Positions 1 through 13,837 of a stretch of 64,000 nucleotides of DNA are shown here, in pieces. The notes below the pieces were generated by a model. The model did no database searches and had not been told where the DNA came from. It was given only the letters and a program-made list of their open reading frames with translations. Position 1 is the stretch's first letter, and every line of letters starts with the position of its first letter. The stretch covers positions 119,970,001 to 120,034,000 of the forward strand of contig OX597820.1 of NCBI GenBank assembly GCA_951406725.2, given 5' to 3'. This DNA is from Octopus vulgaris. Its lineage: Eukaryota. Made by a program: the position numbers and the translations under genes.

Positions 1-342
1 GGACTCGCCGTCATAGGATCGCGGTTTCTATTCCGAGACCGGGAAGTGTGGGTGTTTATTGAACGAAAACACCTAAAGCTACATGAGGCTCCGGCAGGGA
101 GTGGTGGTGAATCCTGCTGACCTCTTTCACCACAACTCTCTATCTCTCTCACTCTTTCTTCCTCTTTCTGTTGTACCTGTACTTCAAAGGGCCAGCCTTG
201 TCACTCTCTGTGTCACGCTGAATCTACCCGTTAAAGGTACACGTGTCTGTGGCGTGCTCAGCGACTTACACATTAAGTTCACGAGGAGGCTGCTCCGTTG
301 TTCGGATCAACTTGAACCCACGTCGTCGTAACTGAGAGTGCC
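1..342 (+). mobile_element. tRNA-derived SINE, head-1 + tail-A type, 5' end cut by window edge
   Basis: Reverse complement of the full copy at 46089-46476; B-box-like GGTTTCTATTCC; same body and 3' tail. Confidence 0.85.
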
Positions 343-349
343 ACTATAT

Positions 350-540
<191 letters not shown>

Positions 541-1586
541 GCATATAGGTATGTTTATATATATGTGTGAATATGAGTGTGTGTGTATGTGTGAGAGAGT
601 GTGTGTATGTGTGAGTATTTATACAGATACACTCATATGTGTGTGTTGGCTGGGTAGGTGTCTAGTATTTCCAGAATACTTCCCAAAGCACATTTTAAAT
701 TCTAGTCAGAGTGACATACATTCGATAAACGACACAATTATAACTACGATACAGTAACACTCGCAAACACCTTTATAATCTGAACTTTCACTCGGAAATT
801 ATGGCAAACCAGAACTTCTACTTGAACTGTTAGAAATAACATGCTTAAATGTAATAAATTTGCTTCAACATAGAAGAAAAAAAGGCTTCAAAAATATTGA
901 GCATGTAAATATTTGGATTTAGATTAAAGTCAAGATGGATCAATACTAATAATAATGCAGACCGATATGAGATTAACAGCGCTGCTAAAATCCGTGGTTG
1001 AGTAGCTCCGAGTCATGTATCGTCCTAATGCCAAAGACGCTGGGGCAATAACTGCTCTTTTATTTCTTCTTTTCTATCATCAAAATCTAGAGCTAAAATT
1101 TCTATTATAGAATAGAGAACATGACAAATATATTCCATGTCTAAAGGAAACACGTAAAATTGATACGCAGAATTTCAGACACAGTCACAACTGGGTTGCC
1201 AGGAACCAACTAGGCTTTTTATTGATAATATTTTTTCTATAATAATTACTTTTTAATATATTGAAGGAAATAGAGTTGATAGAAGCAGCCCACATTACCA
1301 TGAAATGAAGCACTGACGTCTTTTAAATAAATGAGAAGAACTTGAATTTGGCAAATTCCTGAGAAAAGTCGTAAACACAAATATGTATACGAAAAATACA
1401 AAACCGGAAAAGTATTAGTGTCACTGCTAGAGATTAACCCAATCTGTGTGTCTAAATATGCATATACTGTGTATCGCCAAGAAAACCTACTCTGTCCGAA
1501 ACACAAACTTTAAACGAGACTCTGCAAGGAACTTTGGTTGGCGAACGCCACAAGACTATGAATGCTTAAACAAATCGCATACAAGC

Positions 1587-1809
1587 TTTACTCTCTTTTA
1601 CTCTTTTACTTGTTTCAGTCATTTGACTGCGGCCATGCTGGAGCACCGCCTTTAGTCGAGTAATTCGACCCCGGGACTTATTCTTTGTAAGCCCAGTACT
1701 TATTCTATAGGTCTCTTTTGCCGAACCGCTAAGATACGGGGACGTAAACACACCAGCATCGGTTGTCAAGCGATGTTGGGGGGACAAACACAGACACACA
1801 AACACACAT

Positions 1810-1862
<53 letters not shown>

Positions 1863-2027
1863 TACGACAGATTTCTTTCAGTTTCCGTCTACCAAATCCA
1901 CTCACAAGGCATTGGTCGCCCCGGGGCTATAGTAGAAGACACTTGCCCAAGATGCCACGCAGTGGGACTGAACCCAGAACCATGTGGTTAGTTAGCAAGC
2001 TACTTACCACACAGCCACTCCTGCGCC
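1587..2027 (-). mobile_element. tRNA-derived SINE family C with internal (TA)/(CA) microsatellite
   Basis: Head GGCGCAGGAGTGGCTGTGTGGTAAG...GGTTCAGTCCC; tail (GAGTAAAA)n; 8 copies in window. Confidence 0.9.
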
Positions 2028-2504
2028 TATCTCAATATTTGTCGCGGGTCTCATTATTCCAGTAATCTAATTCCGTTGCTGCTTCTGCTCCGAGCTTCAC
2101 TTGTAAGACGCACGTTCATTTTCCAATAACTTCATTCACTCAAAAATATTATATCCGTTCGGATATGACCTTGCGATGCCAATTTCTAGTCTTCGTGTGC
2201 TATTTCTTGTGATATTTAACAGTCAATGATAACAAATAACGGCACCAAGTTCTGTAATAAAGCAGTCGGGCACCAAGCACCAGCAAATGAAGCAGTCACA
2301 CTATATTACATATTTGATAAGATTTCATGTGTTTATAGATTTTATGGTGTGATATGATTCTGAATTTGATAGAGATGAATATTTGTTAATCGATGTATGC
2401 AGTTAGGAAATGGCGAACATTGCAATTGTAGACATATTACTCATCTCTCAGATAATTCCTGAATGTGCATAAAGTATTTGAAGCAAGGTACGGACGGTGT
2501 CAGA

Positions 2505-3008
<504 letters not shown>

Positions 3009-3279
3009 TGCATGCATAGATGGTTGTATGGATGTATGTATCTAGGTGTTTATAATGAATAAAACTTTGAATTCGTACAAAAAGTTCTTTGGGGCAAGTT
3101 GTGAACACTTTACTTGTAGCTCAGGCGGCTATGAACAGGAACCAATTTTCATGAATTCTATCCATAATGTGTTAGAAGATATAGTATCAGAAAAATTCCC
3201 AAAGTGACAAAGTAATTAATTCTACGATGCATCTGCACGCTTTATAGGGGTCGTTAAATGTTGCTTTATAGATTTTTAA

Positions 3280-3478
3280 ACAAGCCTTGAAATTTTGAGT
3301 GGAGATGATATGTCGTACATATTAACCCCGACTGTTGACTCGTACTTATTTTATCGACCTCGAGATGATGAAGGACAAAGCCGGCACGTGGGTCATTTGA
3401 ACTCAGAACGTAAAGAGCCAAAACAATGTGGTTGAACATTTGGACCGGAGCGGTATGGATTTTCCCAGCCCACCGCAT
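3280..3478 (-). mobile_element. Degenerate SINE family D copy
   Basis: ATTTGAACTCAGAACGTAAAG and TACTTATTTTATCGACC match family D copies. Confidence 0.6.
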
Positions 3479-3511
3479 TAGAAGCTCACTTTCCTGCACT
3501 CAAACCAAGGC

Positions 3512-3963
3512 GGATCTTTGCGGTTTGAACGGCAGCTTTTTCTAGCGGTGTCATATGCAATTGTCGCCCATAATTATGACCCTAGTATCGATCTATTGCA
3601 TTTCAATCCGCTTTAGGTTTAGGGTTAGAGTTAGGGTTAGTTAGGGTTAGGGTTAGTTAGGGTTAGTTAGGGGGGAAGGGTATCTTTTTTTCTTCACAAA
3701 TGTAAATAAACCCAATCTTTTTCTTAAACGAGGGACATATTCATACGGCACAGAATGTTTTTTACCTCAATAGAGGTATTTGATTGGTTGAAATTGCAGA
3801 AAATGTAGAAAAAACCAACAAATATCTTACAAACTATAGAATTTTCTCAATAAAGCCAAGAGAAAAAATGTTTTATAAACACATTCTACCAGTATACGAA
3901 GTTTAAAATTTTTTAGTTACCTAGAAATTATGTTAAAATCTGCCGTTCAAACCGAAAAGATCC
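3512..3963 (+). mobile_element. MITE (~450 bp) with GGATC TIRs and internal TTAGGG-like repeats
   Basis: TIR GGATCTTT(T/G)CGGTTTGAACGGCAG at both ends; flanks ACCAAGGC/ACCAAGTT (decayed 8-bp TSD); 3 copies in window. Confidence 0.85.
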
Positions 3964-4283
3964 ACCAAGTTATCAATAAAAGCAAACACTAAAAATTACT
4001 GGAAAACTTTTCTCCTGAAATCAAGTACATTTAAATTTTCTTCCCATATCTATGAATTTGTTTTCCTTGTCATCGCATGTTGAGCAAAAATCTTCAATTG
4101 GATGCTTCCCTCGTACCCAATCATTTCTTTTAGAATTTGCCGCAAGGACCGAGAATTTGTAACTACGATTATTTTTCTATTTATGGTAAAACACTTGTTC
4201 CTTTAGCATTACTATCACATAGTGATACACATCCCAACGCACACGCATTCACACTATATATATATAATATAAATTAGTGTACG

Positions 4284-4576
4284 TTTTTATACCCTAAAGA
4301 GGTGACCTTAACAGGACACCTTACATACTAGAAAGGGCAGTAAAAGCCAAACCCCGAATAAGAGTAATTTCAAAGGGAATGAAAAATAAGAACATTTTAA
4401 TAGTTACCCTTATACTCGAATTTCAACATCAATGTGCAAATAAAATATGGGTAGCTATTGAAAGCTTTTTTATGTTCGTCCTAATTGAAATTACTCTTAT
4501 TCGTGGTCTGGGCTTTAACTGCCCTTTCCAGCATGTAAGTTGCCCTGTTAGAGTCAGCTCTTTTGTGTATGAAAAA
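4284..4576. repeat. Old imperfect long inverted repeat (~130-bp arms, ~30-bp loop)
   Basis: CGAATAAGAGTAATTTCAA pairs with TTGAAATTACTCTTATTCG; GAAAGGGCAGT pairs with ACTGCCCTTTC. Confidence 0.8.
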
Positions 4577-4775
4577 TAAGTTATCTATTGACTTGATTGC
4601 GCGCGCTGGCCACCGGTAGGATATTCCTCTAAATTTTCTACATTTATTATTTACATATATATTATATGTATTTATATTTATCTGTATATCTATATTTATC
4701 TATACACACACACACGCACACACACACATATATACATGCTTAAAAATATATATTTTATATATGTGTATACATATA

Positions 4776-5184
4776 GGCGCAGGAGTGGCTGTGTGGTAAG
4801 TAGCTTGCTTACCAAGCACATAGTTCCGGGTTCAGTCCCACTGCGTGGCACCTTGGGCAAATGTCTTCTGCTATAGCCCCGGGCCGTCCAATGCCTTGTG
4901 AGTGGATTTGGTTGACGGAAACTGAAAGAAGCCTGTCGTATATATGTATATATATATATGTGTGTGTGCGTGTAAATTGTGTCTGTGTTTGTCCCCCTAG
5001 CATTGCTTGACAACCGATGCTGGTGTGTTTATGTCCCCGTCACTTAGCGGTTCGGCAAAACAGACCGATAGATTAAGTACTGGGCTTACAAAGAATAAGT
5101 CCTGGGGTCGAGTTGCTCGATTAAAGGCGGTGCTCCTGCCTGGCCGCAGTCAAAATGACTGAAATAAGTAAAAGAGTAATGAGT
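4776..5184 (+). mobile_element. SINE family C
   Basis: Full head-to-tail match to other copies. Confidence 0.9.
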
Positions 5185-6314
5185 ATATATACAAATATAT
5201 ATATGTGTACACACATATATTCTAAATCATTCTACTCAGTCCTTAATCCTTCAGAAGTTAAATACTAACACACAAGATTATATCACGCCTCGGATTTAAT
5301 TGATGTCTAGAAGTCTTCTACCCGATTATGAGTACATAGTGGTGGATGTTCATTTCAATAGTATATTATGTTGCAATTATATTGTACATTCGAGACATAC
5401 ATTAATATGGATATAGCTTTAAAAAAAACCCTAAAATACAACCAAACAAATAAACACCAATATCACGTTTTATAAGATTTCTTGATTTAAAATATTCCAA
5501 ATGTAATTTAGATGTTTTTGTCTAGCTGTTCTTCTTCCTGTCTTCCTACTCAACAAACGAGTCTCTGGCTTTTCTTTTCCACTGCATCCAATACTCATTT
5601 CTCTCTCTTCTGTCGAAAACTTTATATTTCTAAACTCTACAACATGAATCTCATTTGCTACTCTGCTCCGGAACAGGAAGAACTAAATCAATTATGTATG
5701 GGTACACACACACACGCACACACGCACACACATACTTTCTTCCTCTTTTCTTTCGTTTGCTCCTTCTCTCTCACATTTCTTCGTCCTCTCTTTCTTTAAC
5801 TCCCACTTTTCCTACTCGTTTATCTCCCCTGTATTTTTCCCATTGCCTGTTTGCTTTTTTTCTAACCCTTCAATCCCGCTGCCCCTACCTATCTCTCCTC
5901 CTTCCACGTGACCGGTGTTCGGCCAGCTATGATCTTTCTTTCTTGTTCTGACTGCCGACCACCAACTCCTTCTATGTCCATCTGCTATGTTCCTGCTTTA
6001 AGGCTTTCACTTTATGCACGCCACTTCAATTTGATTTGTTCTTGGTCGAAAGACACCTGTTGTTATATTCTTGTATTTTGTACAAGTAATTCTGTACCAT
6101 GTTCTCCGGTTTTTTTTGTCTTTGTTGCCGTACACATTCGCTAGCTTTCTTATAAAAAAATCTGATGTCCTTAGCTTAGACTTTTTTCAAGGCAATCGAA
6201 TCGAACAGTCTCAAATATAACTACCCGAAACTGTAAGGACATCTGGTAACTTGACTGACGAAAGAAGTTTACAAATGATCTTTCTTTCTTTTTTCCTGTC
6301 CCTCTTATTTTTGT

Positions 6315-6405
6315 TTCTCCTGTCCGCCTTTGTACCGTCTATCTGTCCGGATGTTTTATTGTCCTCTATTGAGTTTTTGTTCCATTTTTTTGTATTTATA
6401 TGTAT
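6315..6405 (+). repeat. Unclassified dispersed repeat end (second copy at 40835-40920)
   Basis: CCTGTCCG(C/T)CTTTG...CCGGATG...GAGTT(T/C)TTGTTCCATT shared by both copies. Confidence 0.65.
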
Positions 6406-6409
6406 GTAT

Positions 6410-6525
6410 GTCATTATTTAGTTTATTTCACGATTTCTCCTCAATAGAGAAGGAACTGGTTTCTAACCTATATCCAAGTCTCTTTCACTAGAATTTCAGC
6501 ATCAACAACGGAGTATGTATGTATG

Positions 6526-6559
<34 letters not shown>

Positions 6560-6930
6560 TGTATGTATGTATGTATGTATGTATGTATTTATGTATGTAT
6601 GTATGTATGAATGTACGTACGTATGTATGTATGTATGATTGTATGAATGTATGTATGTATGTATGTGCAGATTTGCATGTCTTATGTATTTATTTGCATG
6701 CATACAATTGTATATCTAGACATGCTCATATATACTTTAAATGATAAAGTTTTGCAGATCTTTACAGTTCCAATGATGGATTCGATCTGTAGTCTTCGAA
6801 TTAGCTTTCCTCTTCCTGGTTTTGAGCAGCCCAATTTCTCAAGATTTGTATTTAAGTAGTGTTTTATATATCCTAGGGCCCCAATGATTACAGATATAAA
6901 CCCGAACTCGTAATCTCGATAGAGGAACTT
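6410..6930 (-). mobile_element. 3' end of an RLE-type LINE (C-terminal ORF fragment plus 3' UTR with internal (TACA)n)
   Basis: Minus-strand translation FISVIIGALGYIKHYLNTNLEKLG...LIRRLQIESIIGTVKICK resembles RLE-LINE C-termini. Confidence 0.6.
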
Positions 6931-6977
6931 ATATATATTTGTGTGTATGGATGGATGGATGGATGTACGTACGTACG

Positions 6978-7038
<61 letters not shown>

Positions 7039-7524
7039 CTCTCTCTACACACACACACAAACATATATCCATGTACACCCATGAATACATGCTGATATGT
7101 ATGCATAATTATGTATTTTCTCCATATATACTCGTATATAACTGAACCAGAAAACGAGTGGAAAGTGTAAACGAAGATGACATATTGAAGCGAATCTTGT
7201 TTATAAATGAATGTGAGAATAATCTCTCATTATGTGTATCAATGGGTGATATCACCATGGATAATACAGAATGATGTGGATATAATTGCACATGATACTT
7301 CCAACATATTTCTCCTTTTTCACCACATATGACGTCAATATTTACGTGTGTGTATGTATGTATGCATGTATGTATGTATATATGTACGTACATGTTTCCC
7401 CGTTATGCTTTTATGGAAATCTATTCTGCTGTTTTCCTGGTGTTACAAACATACTTGTGAATTTTACGCTGGTTTCTGAGCGTGTACTCATGTGTATGTT
7501 TGACAGTGCGCCTCTATATCTATA

Positions 7525-7915
7525 TCTTTATATATAAAAGTGAGGTTGTGTGTCTGTTGCCTACGATTTAGATTCCTAACTACCCCCACATTTTGCGGTG
7601 CAGTTTAACCAAAACCGGGTATCTTATAGTCGTGATTCATATCGAGCCCTTCTTGGTATTAGCGCGCGTCTAAGATGAGTCTACGATTTAAAAAAATTTA
7701 CCATCAATTTTTCCCATTTTTAATGCATTTTTGGCATATATAAGGGAAGTAACTCTCTAAAAATTTATTATTAAATCTCAGAACGTAAAAAGCTACAGTA
7801 ACACTCCCCCTTTGTGGTTAGCCATATTGAGATGGCTATTATACTTTACATCTCTAAAAATGCTTATATAGTTATTTCCCTTACAAACCCGAGCAACGCC
7901 GGGCGATACTGCAAG
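7525..7915 (+). mobile_element. Non-autonomous Helitron-like element
   Basis: 5' A|TCTTTATATATAAAAG; 3' hairpin CCCGAGCAACGCCGGG followed by CAAG|T (decayed CTAG). Confidence 0.7.
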
Positions 7916-8701
7916 TGTTTAATAACGTTTTATCTCTGGTCATGTCTTTGTCTGCGTGCCTCTATCTCATAATAATGCATTCTAGCAAATAAAATAAGAT
8001 TTGAACACATATCGTACCAGTTTCGATCTCACACAGAGGCAGATTGCACATATACTTTAGCATAGTGCTGATCAAGCAAATCCTGGGTAAATTATACTTT
8101 ATTGCGGAATTGTTAGTTAATTCCCTCTACTTTCTATGCCTTCCTCATTTCCTGTGTTTTAGTATTAGGTTCATAATATGTATGTATGCACCAAAACACA
8201 GTCGTTGGTAAAATTGACTCACATAAAACATTACACATATTTAATTACATGCATAAACCCACGAATACATATTAATATTTTCCTCTCCGATGTTTCTATT
8301 CAAAGTAAACTTTAGCCGTTATTATTTCTAGAATTAGAGAATGGACTTTCTGAATGTAAGCAGAAAGCCCTCTTTTCATCAATTATTGTCCTTTTATATG
8401 TTTCACAACAACGATATATGATTTCATATATTTATTCCACTTTCAGTTAAATATTTCTAAGAATATTTTCAACTGTTCGAATCTCTTCTTCAAGTGAAAA
8501 TATATTTCAATATAAACTCATTTTTTGCTCAAAATTCTACCATCTACGTAGAACATCATAGCTTCGGAAATCCTCGTATTTAGAAAATTATTTTCATGGC
8601 CTTACGAATTACTCCAAAATTTTTATCGCTTATATCAATTTATATCAAAATTTTTATCGCTTATATAAACGAATGTTTACTAAATGTTCTTTCCTTTACC
8701 G

Positions 8702-8868
8702 TTCTATATTTAAGAGATGAGGAATTATGTACATTATTTACATTATTTACAATTGACGATATTTGTCCTCATCTTGTTTGTTGTAAGCACAACGTTTCGG
8801 TTGACATACCCTCCATCCTTCATCAGGTGTCTTGGGGAAATTTCGAACCTGGGTTCACATTACTAAGG
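8702..8868 (-). mobile_element. 3' part of hammerhead-bearing SINE (family H)
   Basis: Matches 45483-45590; tandem GTAAATAAT near 3' end. Confidence 0.75.
8787..8830 (-). ncRNA. Minimal type I hammerhead ribozyme motif
   Basis: cac CTGATGA a ggatg..caacc GAAA cg TT gtg; core intact, one mismatch in helix II. Confidence 0.7.
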
Positions 8869-10050
8869 CAGAGAATGACTGAGTAAGTAAAATACACCGT
8901 ACCATCAAAGCGCCGAAACATAGAAGCTAGGCTGACGATGGAGACCGGATGTTGTTGCACCAAACAGAACCTTTTCTCCTGTATGTAGTGTGTCGATGTT
9001 GTCAAAATTATTTTAAACAATTGTAAAAAAAGACTAGACTTAAAATGGGAACTTTTATCCTAGTAGAATGAGTGGATTAAATATTCACAATATTCTGCAT
9101 CCCGAATTAAAATGTTGGAAACTAATTCTGAGTACGTGAATTGTATTGCACAAAGAGAATACATATTTGAATTGAGGAGAAACAATGTGATGAGAGAAAA
9201 ATGAAACGACACATAAATAACAGGATATTTTCTCAAGTAGACTCGAAGCAACAGAAATATAAATAGATCTGTATTTAGCTAGGAAACTAAGAAATCAATA
9301 CGACATATGCAGCATAGTCCTGTCTGCCGACATAAACGCTATTGCTGTAAGAACACTAATAAATCTGTTAAGCAGATTAATATGAACTGGAATTTGAAAT
9401 TAAATGGCAAATTTGCAGAAAACAGACGAACAATATTTGGTTAGCAGGCTATTGAAATGGTTTTTGTGTTTTTTTTAAAAAAGACAGAAAATGTTAAGTT
9501 ACTAAACGATCTGTAAATGACCATTCTAGACAAGAAACACAAACAATAGTTTGTAACATTGTGCTGGTCAGAAGACAAAATACATTTTGGACACATACAT
9601 ATATCCTGTAAGTGCTGATGATATCCTTCACATTAAAAGAATAGCAACCACTAAAACTTCTAGAATTGGTAAAAGCTTCGACGAAAAACAATTGCTTTTA
9701 TGCCTATCAATTATCAAAGACAACCATTAAATGAAAGCCGATAAATAACGTGTGGATATTCCACTTAGGATGGTAACCAACGACTTCTACGATAGATATC
9801 ATCTCACTGACGACAACATCGACACTAACAGGAGCAGACAGACTTTACATGGGCGACAATGAGTAAGTTATAAATACGAAAAGGATTGTTTCGATGATAA
9901 TATCAATGCAAAATCAGAGCAAAATGTAAACACACATTTCAAAATGACGAATGCATTAGAATATCCTCACCCACGCAAAACAAAACAAAAAGAACCGGTA
10001 AGCTGATGCAAAGTAAATGGGGGCTATATTCTCCGAAGGAAGAATAAAAA

Positions 10051-10475
10051 GAATCTTTTCGGTTTGAACGGCAGTTTTTAACATAATTTCTAGGTAACTA
10101 AAAAATTTTTAACTTCGTATACTGGTAGAATGTGTTTATAAAATATCTTTTTCTCTTGGCTTTATTGAGAAAATTCTATAGTTTGTAAGATATTTGTTGT
10201 TTTTTTTCTTCAATTTCTGCAATTTCAACCAATCATTTACGTCTATTGAGTTAAAAATCATTCTGTGCCATATGAATATGTCCCTCGTTTAAGAAACATA
10301 TTGGGTTTATTTACATTTGTGAAGAAAAAAGATACCCTTCCTCCACACCTAACCCTAACTAACTCTAGCCCTAAAAGAGATTGAAATGCAATAGATCGAT
10401 TCTAGGGTCATAATTATGGGTGACAATTCCATATGACACTGCCAGAAAAAGCTGCCGTTCAAACCGAAAAGATCC
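10051..10475 (-). mobile_element. GGATC-TIR MITE copy 2
   Basis: Reverse complement of 3512-3963; shorter CCCTAA tract; TSD not clear. Confidence 0.85.
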
Positions 10476-10554
10476 GAAAATAACGGACAGCTATGAACGT
10501 CAGCTATGCAATGGTAGTGAATACCTCATGTAGAAAGCGGAACACCTGCATCTA

Positions 10555-10635
10555 ATAAGGTCTGTAGGGCGGATAAGGTCTGCAGAGTAGATAAGATCTT
10601 CAGAGTGGATAAGGTCAGCAGAAACCGCTGATAAG
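10555..10635 (+). repeat. 18-bp minisatellite, ~4 units
   Basis: ATAAGGTCTGCAGAGTGG-like units in tandem. Confidence 0.8.
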
Positions 10636-11132
10636 AGAATGTAGAAAGTAAACTGTTAGCTCGTTCATCCAAACTGATGGTGTTATGGGGAAATAATTTA
10701 TCGTAGGAAATTACACTTCTTTTATTCTTCTTCAATTCAACATTTAAATCCTGCACACCCCGATGTAAACTGCTATCTGCCAAACTTCCCCCTCCCGACG
10801 ATGGAAGGTGGTATTCGGCTCACATCTCTGCATCAATTTATCGGTTGCGTATTTAGGATATTTTGCACACTTCATCCGCTCTTCATTATTATTACGATTA
10901 TTTTGTAATTCCGTGCTCCCAAAGACAGCTTGTATATATGCACTTATATTCGGAATAAATTTAGTCTTACTAGCTGTCTGTATATTCCTATAAATATATC
11001 CGTTGTGTGTATGTGTATGTATGTACGTATATGTATATATATATGTGTGTCTGTGTGTGTATGTACGTATGTTTATATACATCAAGCCTAGTCGTGTTTA
11101 TCTGCATCTCTCCTTCTCTCTCTCTCTCCCTC

Positions 11133-11186
<54 letters not shown>

Positions 11187-11440
11187 CGGCAAGATGTCAT
11201 AATCGTTAGTACGTTGGACCAAATGCTTAGTGCAAGTTCGCCCTTTTTCATGTTCTGAATAAACAATTTCGCCAAGGTACTCTTCCCCATTCATTGGTTA
11301 TTGGGTGGATACGACGAATAGAAGTTGAGTCGTAGGATTGCCTTGACTCACGCACCTCCTGCCCCAATATTCCTGGCCTGTATGTACACATATACATAAA
11401 TGTGCATGTGCTTCACATATACGTGTATAACTGTTTATAC

Positions 11441-11470
<30 letters not shown>

Positions 11471-11471
<1 letters not shown>

Positions 11472-11599
11472 TCACCGTGACCAAGGTGACCACCGTGATC
11501 AACCAGACTATCAGATGTTGCTACACATCGGTGGTCACAATGCGCTTCCGCATTGTTTTAACCTCCAAATGACGCCAACCTCGCTGGATAAGCGAGCAG

Positions 11600-11602
<3 letters not shown>
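11471..11602 (-). mobile_element. Isolated tail-B SINE/LINE 3' fragment inside (TA)n
   Basis: Matches 19155-19276 and 39999-40115; flanked by (TA)n on both sides. Confidence 0.8.
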
Positions 11603-11697
<95 letters not shown>

Positions 11698-12363
11698 GTA
11701 TGTGTGTATGTATGTATGTATCTATCTATCTATCTATCTATCTGTATATATATATAATCGTACATTTATGCGTCGGCTGGTGCATATGTTTGTACACTTG
11801 AATGTAAATTATGTGAATACATCAATTTCAATATATAATTTACACGCGCATATGCAGTTTCTGAGATTTCATTTATGTGCCTATATATCGAGCATTGACG
11901 TAGTAAAAGATGAATATGCAAATATAGTGAAACCTAAATTGAGATCTGAGAAGTACGGGGAAAAAAAAAATCTACTAAAAAAAAAAAAAACAGTAAATTC
12001 ATTCATCTCTTGCTTGCGCTAGAGAAAAGTCATACCAATCTTCTTCGCAATTAAATATACATAAAGAAAGATAAACCAGCAAAGATATATTTTCCTGTGT
12101 CGGGTACGAAGGAACGCCATGATGCTATGAATAAATATACATAAAGCGTCACAAATTGATATACATATACGAATGCATGTCAGCAACGGCACCGTAATGT
12201 TTTTTTACTCTTTTCTGTAGTACACATATGTACCTAGATGTAGTCTTCATACGAACATACGCAACGCACTCGCTACACTCATACACCTACAAGCATACAT
12301 TCATATACAGAATTTATTCACAGAAACATGCATGAAAATGTGCGTTTGAATATATGTATATAC

Positions 12364-12478
<115 letters not shown>

Positions 12479-12601
12479 TATATATACAAATATATATATA
12501 CATATATATGTATACGCATACACACACATATATATATAAATATATATGCATATAAATATATATCTATGTGTTTTTATTATATATATTTATGTTTGTCTCT
12601 C

Positions 12602-12700
<99 letters not shown>

Positions 12701-13237
12701 ACAGACCTGTATGTATATGCGAACTCTATTCACGTGCAAAAGCACATATTTCCCAATTGTGGCTATATGCATTAAGTTTCTATACGTTTGAGAATGTGAT
12801 TGACTTTTTGTCTTTTAATAATCCGAGGTAATCGATATTTAGAAGTAATGAGATAACATTTAACAGCAAACCTATATTTATCAAGGTATATTATCATTTT
12901 ATGGCTATCGATATATTCCGTCACCGACGTAATTTAGGAGACGAGTGAATGTATTCATGTTAAATTAGCCGAACGACTGTGGTTGTCTGTAACGATGATA
13001 AAGAAGATTATGATCGTGGGGTGTGGGGTGGGTGGATGAAGATAATGATTTTGATCGTTGTAGTGGTTATGGTGGTGATGTTAATTTAGTTGATTATAAT
13101 TCGATCTTATGAAACGTCGCATAACTTATTTCAATAGTCATTGCTTTCATTGTATTCTTAGCGTGTTGTTTGTGATAATTGTTGTCGTTTACCGTGTCAT
13201 CTCTGAAACTATCGTTCTAGCAGTCATCAGCAATACC

Positions 13238-13837
13238 TATTTCTTTGCTACCCACGAGGGACTACAAACAGAGAGGACAAACAAGGACAGACATATTGAT
13301 TAAGTCGATTATATCGGCCTCAGTGCGTAACTGGTACATATTTAATCGACCCCGAAATGATGAAAGGCAAAGTCAAACTCGGCGGAATTTGAAATCAGAA
13401 CGTAAACACAGACGAAATACCTATTTCTTTATTACCCACAAGGAGCTAAACACAGAGGAGACAAACAAGGACAGACATAGGTATTAAGTCGATTACATCG
13501 ACACCAGTGCGTAACTGGTACTTAATTTATCGTCCCCGAAAGGATGAAAGGCAAAGTCGACCTCGGCGGAATTTGAACTCAGAACGTTGCGGCAGACGAA
13601 ATACCTATTTCTTTATTACCCACAAGGGGCTAAACACAGAGGAGACAAACAAGGACAGACATAGGTATTAAGTCGATTACATCGACCCCAGTGCGTAACT
13701 GGTACTTAATTTATCGACTCCGAAAGGATGAAAGGCAAAGTCGACCTCGGCGGAATTTGAACTCAGAACGTTGCGGCAGACGAAATACCGCTAAGCATGT
13801 CTCCCGGCGTGCTAACGTTTCTGCCAGCTCGCCGCCT
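13238..13837 (-). mobile_element. SINE family D with three tandem 184-bp body units and 14-bp TSD
   Basis: AATACC at 13232, 13416, 13600 and 13784; TSD TCATCAGCAATACC at 13224-13237 and 13838-13851. Confidence 0.9.

Noticed and set aside
1763-2065. Recurrent ORF peptides such as RGYSRRHLPKMPRSGTEP and RRNLNSER
   Set aside because: Translations of SINE C and SINE D copies, not a gene family
3613-3670. True telomere or chromosome fusion site
   Set aside because: Short, degenerate and internal to a MITE present three times
6160-6290. Hammerhead from gatgtcct/aggacatc pairing with GAAA ctg TA and a nearby CTGACGA
   Set aside because: Core segments are not in a workable order for type I, II or III
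13232-13790. CRISPR-like or satellite array
   Set aside because: Whole 184-bp units repeat with no unique spacers; eukaryotic SINE multimer
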